From Guillardia theta CCMP2712 (lineage: Eukaryota > Protista > Cryptophyta): a stretch of DNA of 64,000 nt. The stretch lies in assembly GCF_000315625.1 (NCBI RefSeq), contig NW_005434585.1, forward strand, positions 138,616-202,615, written 5' to 3'. This document shows positions 50,411 through 64,000 of the stretch, one piece after another. The stretch's first letter is position 1, and each line of letters starts with the position of its first letter. The position numbers and the translations under genes were made by a program. The notes beneath the pieces are model-generated. The model was not told the origin of the DNA. It searched no databases and saw only the letters and a program-made list of their open reading frames with translations.

Positions 50411-52784
50411 ATGTCGACCACTCGTGGGAGCAACCGGACATGGCGACTACTCCATGTCCTCGCCGTTCATGCCGCATGGCTCGCAGCAAGTTGTGCCGCA
50501 CGGAGACTGGAAGACTATGTCGAGAAGCGAGACGATGTGCTCTACTTCGACGTCGAGTGGCCGAGGCCCGGGCATGTTTTCTTGGCGGGGAGGGAGGAGA
50601 TGGTGTTGTCAGTAGCTGTGTTCGACATGTACAAGTTCCAGGACAGGGAGCACACACTGCAGATCGAGGTCTTGAGGTCAACAAACGCCACCGTCTTCCA
50701 GCTGTCGGATGGGATTCACTCCTCGAACTCGCAGCTGATGGAGCGGACGGAGACAGAGAAGCTGCTCAATGTGGGTCTCCACAGCCTCGAGACCGGGAGG
50801 TACCTGCTCAATGTCCGGCTCCACTTCCAGGGAGTCCCGGTTCAGTCAGAGAGCATGGCGTTCGGCATTGACGTGCCGTATGACATGTCGAGCAAGGCGA
50901 GCATGAGCGGCGGTGAAGGCTTCCATGTGGTTGGTCTTGTTCGAGCCCGAAATTGTGAGAGATCGGTAGGGTGAGAAGGAGCGATGGTTGGGTTGTGACA
51001 CGTTGATAGGTAAAGGATTTCTTGCGAGCGCTGGCTAGATTCGTGAATGCGATCGTTGTGTTGGATGATTCGTCTGAGGATCGAACAGCTGCGATGGTGC
51101 GCGAGGGAGAGTTAATGGCTGGTGTTGTTCTCACCGCTGTGAAGGTGGAGGAGGTGTCGGAAGAGTGCAAAGTTGCCAAAGTTTTGAAGAAAGATTCTCG
51201 TTGGAACCCGAACAAGTGAGTTTGAGCATGTGCGGCAGATGTCTCTGATCGATGCGCAAGGTGGTTGGACATGCAAACTTTGCTCGAGGAAGGGAGGATG
51301 ATTGGAGGGACCCACTTTGTTGTTCTCCATTGGTGAGAGGTCTTCAATCAACTTCCGTCCTGACTGCGCTGGTACCATGTAACCAACAACAGTGATGAGG
51401 TGTTCACTACGAGCATGATCTCAGATGGATGGTGGCAATCGCTGAAGAACCTTGAGTTAGATGAATCCGATATTCATCTCTGCATGAACTCACGGTGCGC
51501 TCCCATGCAGGATGGGCGACTCGCTGGCACTCCCCTGGATTCACTTCTGGAAGAGCCTGCGGTATGTGAGGGCAGACTGGAAGTTTCAGGACCAGGGCAG
51601 GAGATCGTTGAGGGTCCGAGTTTACAGCTATGTATCCTCCGTTGAGAGTTGAGGTCAGGTGGTGGATATCGCTTTCAAGGACGACGGAAAGTGCAGCTAC
51701 CTGTCAAATGCTGCAGCCTACGAAGACTTGAAGGGGTGAGACGGGAGGTTGTGGTGTTCGGCCCTGAGATCATTCTGTGGGAAATTACAGGAAAGATTGG
51801 GAGAATCGAGACACAATCATGCGGCACAGTGACGACACCAGAAAGTGATCTTCAGCCTCCTTGATGCTTTTGACCTTGGGGAGGGTGGGACTGATGTAGC
51901 GTGTCTGTTGGAAGGTTTGAGATGAGCAGAATTCCTTACGATCTGCAAGGGGTGCAGAGGGAGATCAGAGATGATACCTTTGCAGTGCTTCACTTCGGGT
52001 TTGTTCCCGACGATTTCTGTTTCTGGCTCTTGACTGAACGGGTTTGAAAGGTATGTCAACTGGGTTGAAGCTATGGAGAAGATCATTCTGCAGAGAATGA
52101 TGTTGAGAGCTAAAGATCCCTCGATCCCTTCCCAAGTCCTCAACAAGATCTTCATGGATGTATGAAGAACTAACATGGTTGAAAGAGTACTGCAACCAAC
52201 ATACGTGACAACGCAGGTCATTGACGAAGCTGGTGTACACGGTATTGGTGCTCCGAGCAATGTGAGAATTAGAACGAAAGAAAAGTTCTGATCAATTTCG
52301 ATGTTCAAGATCCTGGGGAGCTGGAGGGACTTTGGGGTTGATATCGAGGGAGCGTTCGGAATGAAGGTCGACTTGCCCTTCAATCCCATGAGACATGTGT
52401 TGATGTTGGATCGGGCAGGAGAACTTTGTATACCAACAAGTTTGGAGTGAGCCGGATGATCGACTGGATGGTGAGACAGTAATAAGAGGTCAATCCTCGC
52501 ATGCTGTCGCGTACCAGCAATCCATCTCTACTCTCATCGAGATGTGAGGAGGGAGGAGATCGTTCCTTGTAGACTGTTGACAGGTATGTTGCAGACACGG
52601 TGAAGAGTTGTTTCAAGACGTCTTGAGGTCATGCTACACATCAATGTTCTTTTGTTACCTCGTGACGTGCTTGTTGGACCAGATGGGTGGAACCTGCCGT
52701 GTTTGATCAGCCGGAAGCGTAAGCAACAAGAGGAAAACAATGATGAACTCGATCATGATATGATTATGTTTGTACCTGCCGAAT

Positions 52785-52859
<75 letters not shown>

Positions 52860-55800
52860 GTGGTAGTAATAGTGGTGGTGGTGGTGGTGGTGGTGGTGGT
52901 TATACCAAGCTTTTGACATGCTCGTATTCTAGAGAAAAAGTAGATCAGACGTATCAGCTACCAACCAGTATCAGCTCTGAAGCATCCTTTGTCACGCTCT
53001 TTGGAGTTCCAGGTTGTACAAACTCATTAATGTATTGGTTTGCAATTCAACTCATTCCCTCCCAATCAATTTGCGATTTCAGTTCTCTTTGCAATAACAC
53101 CTTTCCTTACAGTCTCCGATCATTCTCCTCGCGTCTCTGTGTTGGTTGCAACAAAACGTCCAGGAGGAATGGATGCTGTGCTTCACAGGTACATGGATGA
53201 TCAAATGATGGTTTTATTAGCAAACCCTCATGAAGTTTCTTGCAGCTTGTCAAAACAAACCAGCAAGAACTTTGAGCTAGTCATTGTCGACGAACTCTGG
53301 CAGAGGGAGCATGTGAGAAGATTTGTCGCCCTCATCCTGCCCTTACCTTTCCTTCCCCTTCCTGTTCTGTTTGTCGTCTTTTGCACAACCCTTGTTTCAC
53401 CCTGCTCCCCTCTCATATTCATAATGCAGCTCATTCGCTCTCGCGCTAACGAGCTCGGCATCAACATCCGCGCGATCTCCACGTCAAAACCCAAGGGCTC
53501 ACCGCAGGTGTAGGAGCTGCCGTGCAGGAGGAGGAAGTGGAGGAGGAGGAGGATGAAAGACAAGGGGAGAAGAAGGAGGAGGAGGAGGGGGTAGGAGCTG
53601 GAAAAGGAAGTAAGATACACGAGGGAGGGCAAGGATTGAGACTCTTTATGACTGGAGGCAGCATAGCAGAGGCAGCAGACAAGTAGACAAGAAGGCAGGC
53701 AGGAAGGATAAGAACGATGAAATGAGATTTGGAGGATGTATTGGTCAACTGACGAGATTTCAGGCCTTTGGGTTTCAGAACGCGTGGAATTCAGGGTTAG
53801 CGTCTGTTCGAGCTCCTTACATCGCCATTCTCAACGACTACGCGTGGGTTCCAGGTAGTTTGGTGGGCATGCTGCTGTTGAATGTCTCGAAATCCACCAT
53901 GCTGCCGCTCGTTCCTTGTCTGCTATCCTCTTGCACCCGTTCTCTCTCCTGAAACTTGTGATGAAATCGCAGAGACTTTTGTTGAGAACATCATTCTCTT
54001 CTACGAGGGATCAAGGGACGATCTCCCTCCCCCTCATCATCGCCGTCTTTGCCTGATCTCATGGCCGATCATTCAGTTTGCAGTCCCCGAAGATTACCTT
54101 GACCGTTCACAGGTGAATGTGATTCCTCCTCCTCCTCCTCTCTCTCTCTCTGTCTCTCCCCTTCCCCTTCCTCTTCCTCCTCCCCCTCCTTCTCCTCCAT
54201 CTCCCCTTCCTCCTCCTTCTTTCCGTTTTCTTATTCCTCTTCTGGCACTCTCCTTCTCTTTGTCTCCTCGTGCTCAATTCTGTCGAGTTTGTCTACATCA
54301 TCATCGTTTATCTTCCTCTTGTTCATTTTCTCATGATCAAGATCTATGAGTAGCGCATGTCAGTCTCCTCTCATTCACTGTGTTCATTGTGAACTACACT
54401 TGTCGATCTTTCTTCTCCGTTCTCTGACTTCTGCTCGATAGCTCATGAACTTCTCGACACTGTCGGTCTTTACCGATGAGCTCACGGGCCCTCCGAGTCA
54501 GCGAGGATGGAGCATCAGCGACAAGCTCGGGCCAAGAGACTCGCTTCTCAACAGGTTATGACAGAGCAGGAAGGAAGAGGACGAGGGTAGTGATGGGAGC
54601 AAACAGGAAGAGAGATGGAGAAGAGATGGGAAGAGGGAGGAAGAGTGGGATAGGGAGGTAATGGAGATAAAGACGACATGTACCAGGTTCAAACCTCACT
54701 GGTTCTGGGATGGACAAGCTATGATAATAACTAGAGGGATGATGGAACTTGTGAATGGATTCGACGAGGTGAAGTTGGGCTACTTTTTTGCGCCTTGTTC
54801 TTTCTTGACTCCTATATCAATCTCTTATGTTCTTTTCTTCGTTTTTCGCTGCTTGCAATCTTTTTCTTTCCCGTTCAATCTCCTCTTTCGACTCATCTAA
54901 TTGATCTTCGCTTCACACTATTTGATCGCAGATGCTTGACTATGGCAATGATTGTCACATGCAAAACATTCGCGACAGAGCAGCGCTTGTTGGTGGACAG
55001 GTAATTGTTGTAGATCCTTTCCATCGTTACTCGTTCGCTTTCTCGTATCACGTTTGCTTGAGAATATCCTCTCATATGATTTTCCTCTCCTCCCCGTTGC
55101 GTTCTTATCTGCTTGTGTCTTTTCAACTCGTTTTCTTTTCTCTCTTGACGAACTTTTTCTTTCACTTCATTATGCCTTTCTCCGCCTCTATTGTCTTTTC
55201 TTGTCTTGCGAGAAATGTTGGGGCACAAGGATCGGGTGTTGTGGGAAGCAGCAGACCGGGCGGAGATTCGGAAGATGACTTGATCGTTGGCTTCAGGTCT
55301 GGTTGGCTCCAGCATCACTAGCAGTCGAAGAAATCGATCATCATAATTGGTTCGAGCGAGGTTGCTCCGCCTCTCCCTCCTCCTCCTCCCCCTCCCCCTC
55401 CCCCTCCCTCTTTCTCTCTCCACCTTCTTCTCATTCTCAGACCGATGACGCTGCCCCTGAAGTCCTCTAGCACCCTTCTACCCCTGGAGTGCTCTAGCAC
55501 CCTTCTACTCCTTTTGTACTTTCGTCCTCAGATGACTGCATCGCTTGTTCCACTTCACTTTGTCTTCTTCCTCCACCTGCTCCTACTTTCATGTCTCTGA
55601 TCCCTCCCTTCATCTGGCTCATTGATTGTCGTGCCTGATCGCTCTGTAGGAGAATCTCAGGAGTTTCTCATGTTCAACAGACTTACCAAGGACACAAATC
55701 TCAACCGATGGTCGAGGCTCCTCAACAGGATCAAGAAGGAATTTCAAAGTACTAGTCTGCCGGATGATGCTGATATTTCTCTCTGCCCTTTTTCAGGGTT

Positions 55801-56222
55801 GGAAGCGCCTTCGTGCTGAAAACTTTGGGTTCTCCTTGTCAGAATACTATGAGAAGCAGCTATATGAAGGTTGTCTTCAAAGTGACATGCTGGTAGAGTT
55901 CTTACTTCTGTTGTCTTGCTCGCAGAGGAAGAAAATCAAGGAAGATGCAGATGGAGCTCGTAATGAGAAATTAACATGTTCATTCATAGCATCTACTTAC
56001 ACTTTGTCCTCTTCGTTTGCAGATCGAGTGATAACTGGCGGTGCCACATTTGAAGTACCTCTTCATATTAACGGGGAGATCCCGAAGCACGTGATTGTGA
56101 GACGAGAAATAAAACTAACATCTCAGATTTTCGTGTCTTCACTGTCTCACGATCCTGCCTGTCTTCTTGCTTTTCTCCTCGCAGAATTCCGAGATGGAAG
56201 AAAACTTCTGATTTTCCTGTAA
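50411..56222 (+). CDS. secretory-pathway glycosyltransferase with two GT-A (GT2-like) domains; one gene or two tandem genes
   Basis: Signal peptide; domain 1 VVGLVRARNCERS…IVVLDDSSEDRT; domain 2 PRVSVLVATKR…QTSKNFELVIVDE…NAWNSGL…APYIAILND…MELVNGFDE. Confidence 0.68.
52784..52900 (+). repeat. (GAT)n followed by (GGT)n microsatellite
   Basis: Directly visible; probably intronic. Confidence 0.95.
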
Positions 56223-56824
56223 AGAAATCAATACAGCGCCTAGTGTACCATCAAGAAACACAGGTGAGAGAATCATATTTCCATGCTCGAAGAACGTCAA
56301 CTTCCTGTTACTTCCGTCTGCCCAAACATCTTTGAACGACTCGATCTGGTTGTTCGTCTGAAATGTCTCGATCATTCCGATCATGTACGCAATCGTCGTC
56401 ATCTTACTACGAACAAGTCGGAGTCCAAAGAGCCCAGAGCGTCAAACAAATTTACACAGCTGCGCAAACCTTGTCATCATCTTTTCGAGCGCAATCGAAA
56501 GGCTTTCCTGTACAGCTTGCACTTGTCAATTTGTACGTTGGATCTGCCAGTGACCCGAACAGCAGAGTTGCGAGCAAAAGACAACTGAAAGAGAAGGTGA
56601 GGGAGCGGAATAAAACGATGAAAATCAATGACACTTTGCTCTTGCTGAGAGAAACGGTGGTCTTTTGTAATCTGCGCAGAGCGTAAATGGAAAGAGTGTA
56701 TGAGAACATGCAATGGAATCATGATGATCATGATAAGCTTTGTTGATGTTGATTTTGATGCTGATTGTGATGTTGATGTTATTGTTGTTGTTGATGATGA
56801 TGATGAGATAAGCTTTGTTGATGT

Positions 56825-56870
<46 letters not shown>

Positions 56871-56947
56871 GGTGATGATGATGTTGATGTTGTTGCTGTT
56901 GATGGTGGTGGTGGTGGTGGTGATGATGATGTTGATATTGTTGCTGT

Positions 56948-56993
<46 letters not shown>

Positions 56994-57007
56994 GGTGGTG
57001 GTGGTGG

Positions 57008-57047
<40 letters not shown>

Positions 57048-57099
57048 AAGGATGAGGATGGTGATGGTGATGATAGTTGAGGTGGTGGTGGTGATGATA

Positions 57100-57133
<34 letters not shown>

Positions 57134-60100
57134 TGACGATGACGATGATGAAGATTACATGTTCCCCCCCGCGACAACAAGAGCGTGTTGACATCTCTCA
57201 TTTTCTCTCCAGCCGCCAAGAGAGCAATCGGAAAACTTTGCAGGAAAACTGATCAGCACAATTGAAGGCATAGCGAAAACACACATGACAGGAGGTGAGA
57301 TAGAGAGCAGAAGGAGGAAGGGAGAGGAGAGTTGAGGGGTTGGGAAGGAGTGGGGGCGAGGGAGAGAGAGGGAGAGGAAGAGGAACAGGAAGGAGAAAAA
57401 AGAAAAGACAGAGAAGAAGTGATTGGAAGCTTGAAACCTTTGCATTGCATCCCATCCCGCAAACAACTGCATTACTTTCTCTCGCTGTCGTCGTCAAGAG
57501 CTAGTCATGCATGTCAAGATGTCAAGGAAAACTATCAGCCTTGTTACTTCTCCATTCGCTTCCAGTCGGCATCTTGAGATCTCCCAGGTTCCTCCCAAGA
57601 TCCTGAGCAGATTCTAGATCAACAGACGAGATGAAGACGAGAGAAGAGAAACGAGAGAAAAGAGAACAGAGAGAAGAGAAACGAGAGAAAAGAGAACAGA
57701 GAACAGAGGAGAGAGAAACGAGAAAAGAGAACAGAGAACAGAGAAAAGTGAAAAGAGAAAAGAGAAAAGAGAAGGGTTGAACCAAGTTACAACCTCAGAG
57801 CATCCCCAATACGAGATTGTATGTGAATGTCTTGCATTCGACACATGAGCTGCGTTTTTACCCATTACAATCCTCTCATTCCCCTCACGACTTCTCACCA
57901 GCTCTGCTCCTTTCAATATCCCGTGCAAGACCTGCAACCACGAACGCAACTTACACCATCGCAACCAGTTTGATCAAGACAAATATCACAGACTTCGCAT
58001 CTCACTACCCATCTCTTTACCTCACATACATCGTTCTCCCAATCTCACAGAAATTCATCTTGCCATCTCACCACATCTATCCTGCAATCTCACCTGTAAC
58101 TCAGGAGTGCAAGTCGTGCACAACTTTGTCCAGTGATCGCCAGTGTCATCGTCCTCAAGCTCCATTAACGAACGAGTCATCTAGTACCACCATCACCTGT
58201 TTGCACACGAATCCACAGCAGTGACCACCAACCTTTGGGTCATTCTCTTTTGACGGGAGTTTCCACATGACATCGTTGCTGTCTTTGTCGACGAGTTTCA
58301 AGGGCCTTCTAACTCAATGATGTCAACTTGTTGTCAACAAGGATACAAGACACACACCTCGCTCCATCTTTCTCTCCATGAGATGATAAGTACAAGAGAA
58401 GCGTCTGCCACATGTCACTTCGTTCAGTCTTCACCGTTCTCAGCTCCATGTTCACCTGTGTCGTGTGGCCATGGCGCAGACGCACGCTCCTCTTGTACAC
58501 CTGTCATTGTCTGAGACCTGATTGTTCCTTGCAGCCTCATTGTTCACCTTGACATCCGTACACTCCAACTTGAGACAACAATGCAACGTGGCATCCTTCT
58601 CAGAAGAGATTCTGATCGCCTTGTCGACCCTGTCACCAACACAAGATCATCACTTGCAACATCGCCCAAGACAAGAATCTATTGCTCCTTACCTTATCTC
58701 AGCCTCTGCGCGCACAATCGACTGATATGAGCAAGTCAGGGGATGAGCTCAGTTGCGCAATGCCACGATGCCCTGACCTCTGCTGGATGTGGGCACACTT
58801 CCTCACATTCCTCATCGACGTCCTTGAAGACCTTGCAAGAGGCGTGTCAGCACCGAGACAACAACCATCCTTCCATTCTCAGCCCACCTGATGCCACTGG
58901 GAGCAAGAAAGTGTCCTTGGAAAGCTCTTGTTGTAGACTTCTTGAACAGCACGTTTGAAGTATGCGACGATCACATCTTCTCTCAAAGAAACACCTGGAG
59001 GATCATCGTCACCGGGATGTTGCCATCCATACTCTTCTCACCTGTCTGCAGAAACTCGTCAATCTCTTGAATGATGAGATCAAGGATCTTGATCGAGAAA
59101 ATCCTGCTCGGCACCTCCGTGTTGACCCTTTCATGGTCCTCGAAGGAGAACTTGTTGCTCCACATCTTAGGGTGTGACGTGTCATTGAGAGGGAATAGAC
59201 AGTTTGAATTCAATCACTTCCAACATCTTCTCGGCAATCTGTTCGAATTCTCTCGGGGTGTAGACATCTGCGAACAAGGTTCAATCTCAACGCTCCAATG
59301 TCGAACACGACGTACAAGAGTCTTGTTCAAGCTCTTCTGCTGGATTCTCAACTTGCCGATTGAAAATCTTAGAGAAGACGATGTCATTTACGGAGCCTAA
59401 CAACCCACAGACACGTGAGCAAGAAAACGTCACAGGAAAGAAGGTAAAGTAACTTCATACCATGTTGCTGCCTCAGCAGGGCGCGAAAAATCTGCACTTG
59501 GGCATCTCTATCATAACCCAGCAAGGCTTTCACCCCATTGATCCAGTCCGACTCAGTCAGAGCAGTGGCTGCAGAGTTGTAGTGCCGAGCGATGCTGATG
59601 AATTTCTCCCACAGTCCGCGCACGCACTCCTCCTTCGACGTGCATTCTTGGAGCTTGTTGTATACCTGTAGCATCTCCCACAGCATCTTGGGCGGTTTTC
59701 GCCTCACAATCAGCGCCTCCCCGTGCTTCTCGCATACCTCCATCATCTCCCGCCCCACCACTATCACCGATCCCTCCCGAATCCCCGCAGCTGACACGAC
59801 TCGTATCTCCCTCTGAAGATTATCCACATCTTCCGAGAGGTTCGTCACTTTTGGGAAGTGTTCTCCCTTGGGTACTGTGAAGGAGTCTCCGTCCTCGGCA
59901 TAGGCGAGCATGTCCAGAATCTGAGTGTCGGCTCCCAGCTGCTCCAGCCTTGCCTTCCTCCGCAGCTCGAGCAGGAGCTCTCGTCCTCTGAACCCTTCGA
60001 TCATCCTCCTGGTGAAGGACTGTATCAACTTGATCTTCTCATCCTCCACCTTGTAGCTCTCTCTCCTCCTCTTGCTCTCCTGCACCCCAAGGTAGCGCCG

Positions 60101-61141
60101 CGCTAGAGCTTGCAGCGGGATCGCGGCATCGTACATGCTCGACAGGGTCCCCACGATATGATCCTCCATCTCATCCCTCTCGAAGAATCCCCCATGGTCC
60201 TGCGAGTCGTACCTCATTTCTGCAGCTGCCCTCTCCTTCCCCCGTCGAGTCCGAGTCGTCGGAGAGTTCTCTACCGTCCTGGCTGCCTTCATGCCTCTCA
60301 GCACCTCCTTCAGGACCTCTTCAAGCTGCGAGGTGCTCATGCTGAAAACAAAGTCCTTGTCATCCCCGATCGCCCTCCCTAGCGGCCATTCGCATCCCTG
60401 CAGCTCCTGGAACAGAAGAGGAGGAATCAAAGGACCGTCTACAAATCTCTCCTCTGCTGCTTCGATCAAATGTTTCAGCCTCTCCGACTGACGCTCCATG
60501 GCTTCCAGCTCTAGCTCCGTTTCCTTGAGCTCCAGCTCTGCCGTCCTGGCGTCTTGCTTGTTCGAGGCCGTTGCCAGACTTCGCTCGAGCATTCCAACAC
60601 GAGAGCGGTTGCTCGTGAGCAGAATCATGATCATCTTTCTTGTAAGCCTCAGGTCACCCCACAGATGAAGGATTCTGGCAGGTGCATGTAGATTGAACTG
60701 CGTTGGGAACTCGCTCAGGGTCCTGCTAGAAGCCTCGAACACTTTGTCCTCCGGGTTGTCTGCCGCTAGCTTCCATCCTTCTTCCGACGAGTGCAAGACA
60801 TTCGTCTTATGCCACCTCTTTCTCCTGTGCGTGCTTGAGATGAGGTATCCTAACATGGCACCGCATGCCTGCGGGGACTTGCGGGATAATCTGACGGTCC
60901 TCTCCATGAAGCCCTCCCGCGTCTTCTGCGGATACCAGCCATGCCTCTCCATATCCCTTCCTCCAGCATCTCCTCCTCCCCTCGCATCCCTCGCCTTACC
61001 CAGCTCCTCCTCCAGCTCCTCCACCCGCGCTACTCTGTGCATCACATGGACTAGTTGATTAACACGGCGTTGCCCGATTTTCGGTTGTGAGTCTTCTTTA
61101 CTACACATGAATTGGTTACACGGAAACTCTTCCTTTACCAC
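56139..61141 (-). CDS. large hypothetical multi-exon protein (coiled coil, IQ-like motif); ends uncertain
   Basis: 585-aa ORF 59384-61141 with a coiled coil and IQSFTRRMIEGFRGR; downstream minus-strand exons through ~56200. Confidence 0.5.
56720..57150 (+). repeat. compound (GAT/GGT/GTT/GAC)n trinucleotide tract
   Basis: ~430 bp of GNT/GAC triplets with an internal higher-order duplication. Confidence 0.95.
57637..57772 (+). repeat. polypurine GAGAAAAGAGAACA-type repeat
   Basis: Directly visible; intronic polypyrimidine on the sense (-) strand. Confidence 0.8.
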
Positions 61142-61356
61142 ACAAGTGACTCTTTACCACACTCAACTGAACGTGCGAGGAAAAATGAATTTTTTTCTAT
61201 GGCATGAAGGAGACAACGGAATGTCCTCTTAAACGGATTCGGTTCTGAATCTTGCTGTCCTTTGGACGACTCCAGAAATCAATCTGAGGGGAGCTTGATG
61301 TCTTTCCAAGCCAGGAATGTACTTTACTACAGGGAGAGTTTACCACATAGTTTTTT

Positions 61357-61506
61357 GAGGGTGGGGGTATGCATTGGACGGGTACTCAAATGGATCTTTC
61401 ATTTATTACCGGTTAATCCAATATCAAATGTACCGGTACAAATTGCAAAAGTTTTATTTTGAGGGGTGCAGGGTAGGGGGGTTCGAAGCAGAGGTAGGGT
61501 AGGGAA
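61357..61506 (+). repeat. GGGGT-rich patch
   Basis: GAGGGTGGGGGTA, GAGGGGTGCAGGGTAGGGGGGTT, GGTAGGGTAGGG. Confidence 0.6.
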
Positions 61507-62988
61507 AGGCAGAGAGCATTAAAACTTGAGTGTTTTTGCACATCACTCCAAATCAAAGACCACGACATGGCACCGACATGCATTGCTGTTTTCCGCAAAG
61601 AAAGGATCGAAGAGGAGCCGAACATGGAGAGAGAGTTGGAAGACGCCCCTTCTACGAGACTTGCAGTCTTCTCCAACCGTCATGAGGAGGATAGCAGCAG
61701 CTCCGACGAGCGGGAGGAGGTTCGGCCAGCTGGGAAGCTCAAGGTGTTCTGCCCGATCATGCATGCGCACTTCTCAAGAACATCTTCGATGGTTCGGAGG
61801 AACTATAACAGAGAGATAGGTGCGTTGCTTCAGTCTGAGATCGATGGAAAAACTATTTATTGAGGGCTAGATTGCTTTGGATTCTCTTAATCTTTGTTAT
61901 TTATTTCCAAATAAAACTGACATGCTTTTTACAACCTGCGCCATACAAAAGCGTATTTGATGCAATCACACGTGTTCAGTTACACGAACGACAAGCTTTC
62001 GTGCGGCAAGATGTCTCGTCAAACAAAATTGACGTTAACCTTCCGCAGGCGTGTTTTACAAATCTTTCATGAAGAAAGAAAATTAGAAACCCGAAAATTA
62101 GAAGAACAAAGGAGTGGCAGGAAGTGCTATGGTGGAATGCACTCACAACCATGAGCACCACAGCGGCAGATGTACAAAGACATGATAAACAATGTTGCGT
62201 ATTACTTTATCTTCAATCGATGACAAACATGCCATACTCTAGAACAGACTACGAAGAGGTCAATAATTGAGTGTTGGAATAGGAAAGATAACTAGTAAGA
62301 ACTAGAAAAAATATCAATGCTTATAAACCGTTCTTTATGGTTCCGATCTTTAGATACAGAGGCGTGAGATGGAAGACCAAATACATGATAGGAACGCTCT
62401 CACTTTTCGTTCGGATCACACAGCATGGCATACTGCTGAGTTACTGCAAGACATAACCAAACCGCTGAGAAATGTTGAATTTGAAACCAAAAAGTGTTGG
62501 TTGCTTTCGTAGGAGTCGAGTGAAAAGTTTTGACTGGAAGTCCGAAAGATCTTGATTCAGCAACTGGCTGGTGATCAGGAATGAAAGCAAGCAGATTGGT
62601 GGCTCACATGTCAGAGAGCGGTTTTTCATACTCCAGATCATCAACCATCAGCTATGCAAAGTCCAACAAGAAAACGAAATCTAGCTATGCAGGCTCTCAA
62701 GCCCTCCCTGCTGTCCAGCTTTAATGGCATTTACCCTTGCACGCGTCCTCGATTTCAGCACTGCATTCTCCTTGCCCACCACTCCATCCATCCATCCTCC
62801 TTCCTTGTAAGCAGTCTTTGTCATCTCAGCCTTGCTTCCCCAAGGATGCTCCCTCCTCCCTCCATCCTCCTCCACACCTGCCTCCACACAGCATCTCCCC
62901 CTCTCCATGGCCTGAATTTTGCCAACCCGTGCGGTCCCACTTTACTACACGTGCGCATGGCTGGGGTGATAGGGAGGATGGAGGCGCT

Positions 62989-63960
62989 ATGGCGCGGGGC
63001 GCATGTGGTGAGGGATGCAGAGATGCGGAGGAGGATGATATCAACTCTACGAGAGACGGCTTCATGGTGAGGAGAGCCGTGTTCGCCCCTCCCCTTGTCT
63101 CGAGTGTCCTCCCTTCACTCCCCAGCATTCCACAATCCTCGGGTCTGCGATATCCATCCATTCGGACGTGTGTGCTTGTCTTCCTTGTTGACGCTCCTCG
63201 GCAAGCTGCACCTTCAGCTGCCGCAACTTGCTCGCTCGCTTGCTCGCAATGGCTTCCATGGTCTAGTCGATCTTGACTCAAAGTCTCAGTGCATGTGTCA
63301 AGTTGGAAGACTCTGTCATGAAGAGATTCTGCACAAACTGCTCGGCGTTCCTTCGGCCGGTAAGACCGTGTTGAGATTTGCACTCTTGCATTGGCTTATA
63401 GGCTTCAAGGGCATCAACTGCACATTTCGTTTGGTTTGTACGAAACACAAGAAGAAGAAGACGGAAGGAAAGGTCAGGGCGAGCAGTTCAGTCAGATGTC
63501 AGTTGACAATCCTGCAGGTGAAAGAAGCGCAGGAAGGGAAGTCAACAGACGATCAGTGCAAGGGAGTAGTGAAACGTGTTGCTATGAGGACGTGGTTCGA
63601 TGGAAAGAGGTATTCTGCATGCCCTTAACGAGCTTGGATGTTGACTATTTGTCTTGTCCTGGATGAAATGAAGTCGAGGAAGGCATAGCAACAAGAGGAA
63701 CGAACTAGTTTGCAAATGCTCTGATTGTGGATGCACCTTGGTACTCCCCACACAAGTTCTTGCGTGTTGATGTCTCACGAGCATGAAAGTTGTGGGGAGG
63801 AAGCGACCCAGAGTTCGTGCAAGAAAGAAGGTAAGTGTCCTCCAAGTGTCATAAGATAAAGGCGTCCATCCCCCATGCTCTCCTTGATCATTCTCTCTCC
63901 GCCTCACCTCTACGTCAACCCTCTGCTCTTGACGCTCATGATCTCATGTGATAGGAAATT
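62989..63960 (+). CDS. RPP21: RNase P subunit RPP21/Rpr2-like zinc-binding protein (ends approximate; may run past the window)
   Basis: Spliced LPQLARSLARN…LEDSVMKRFCTNCSAFLRP…INCTFRL…NELVCKCSDCG: two CxxC pairs with the KRxCxxC…P…C pattern of the Rpr2 family. Confidence 0.65.
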
Positions 63961-64000
63961 GAGGGGCATCAAGCGTCGCGGACAGAGATTCCGTACCCAT

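Noticed and set aside
56625-57252. Poly-His, poly-Asp/Gly, poly-Met or poly-Ile ORFs
   Set aside because: By-products of the trinucleotide tract, which is open in several frames.

Overview
Eukaryotic nuclear DNA, gene-dense, with many ~45-60 nt spliceosomal introns plus longer CT/AG-microsatellite-filled introns. Signal-peptide+Phe bipartite leaders and a signal+LRGG leader point to an alga with a complex red plastid, most likely a cryptophyte (Guillardia/Hanusia-like; inferred, not proven). I can support about 24 protein genes: a 2-phosphoglycerate-kinase-like P-loop NTPase, an S6K-like AGC kinase, an ICL/PEP-mutase-family enzyme, aspartylglucosaminidase, a PDZ/coiled-coil protein, an EF-hand/PH/C2 protein, a Cys-rich surface protein, DUF3007- and DUF3067-like plastid proteins, Ubl, PH and YL1-C proteins, a PTPMT1-like phosphatase, an ankyrin protein, a double GT2 protein and RPP21. 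The strongest candidate for an undescribed system is a family of four paralogous HTH-like genes with uninterrupted ORFs (three clustered at 32.8-36.1 kb, one at 12.4-12.9 kb). They share KYG(I/V)TxKA(I/V)RDIWNxRTWxHAT and a C-terminal WMxCPxxIxxF motif. There is also a recurring class of intergenic elements: CCGG/TGAGTCA-rich GC islands, strand-biased GGGGT arrays, and a 17-bp motif GTTTACTCAAAGTTAAG found identically 22 kb apart. Gene boundaries were assembled by eye and are approximate where stated.
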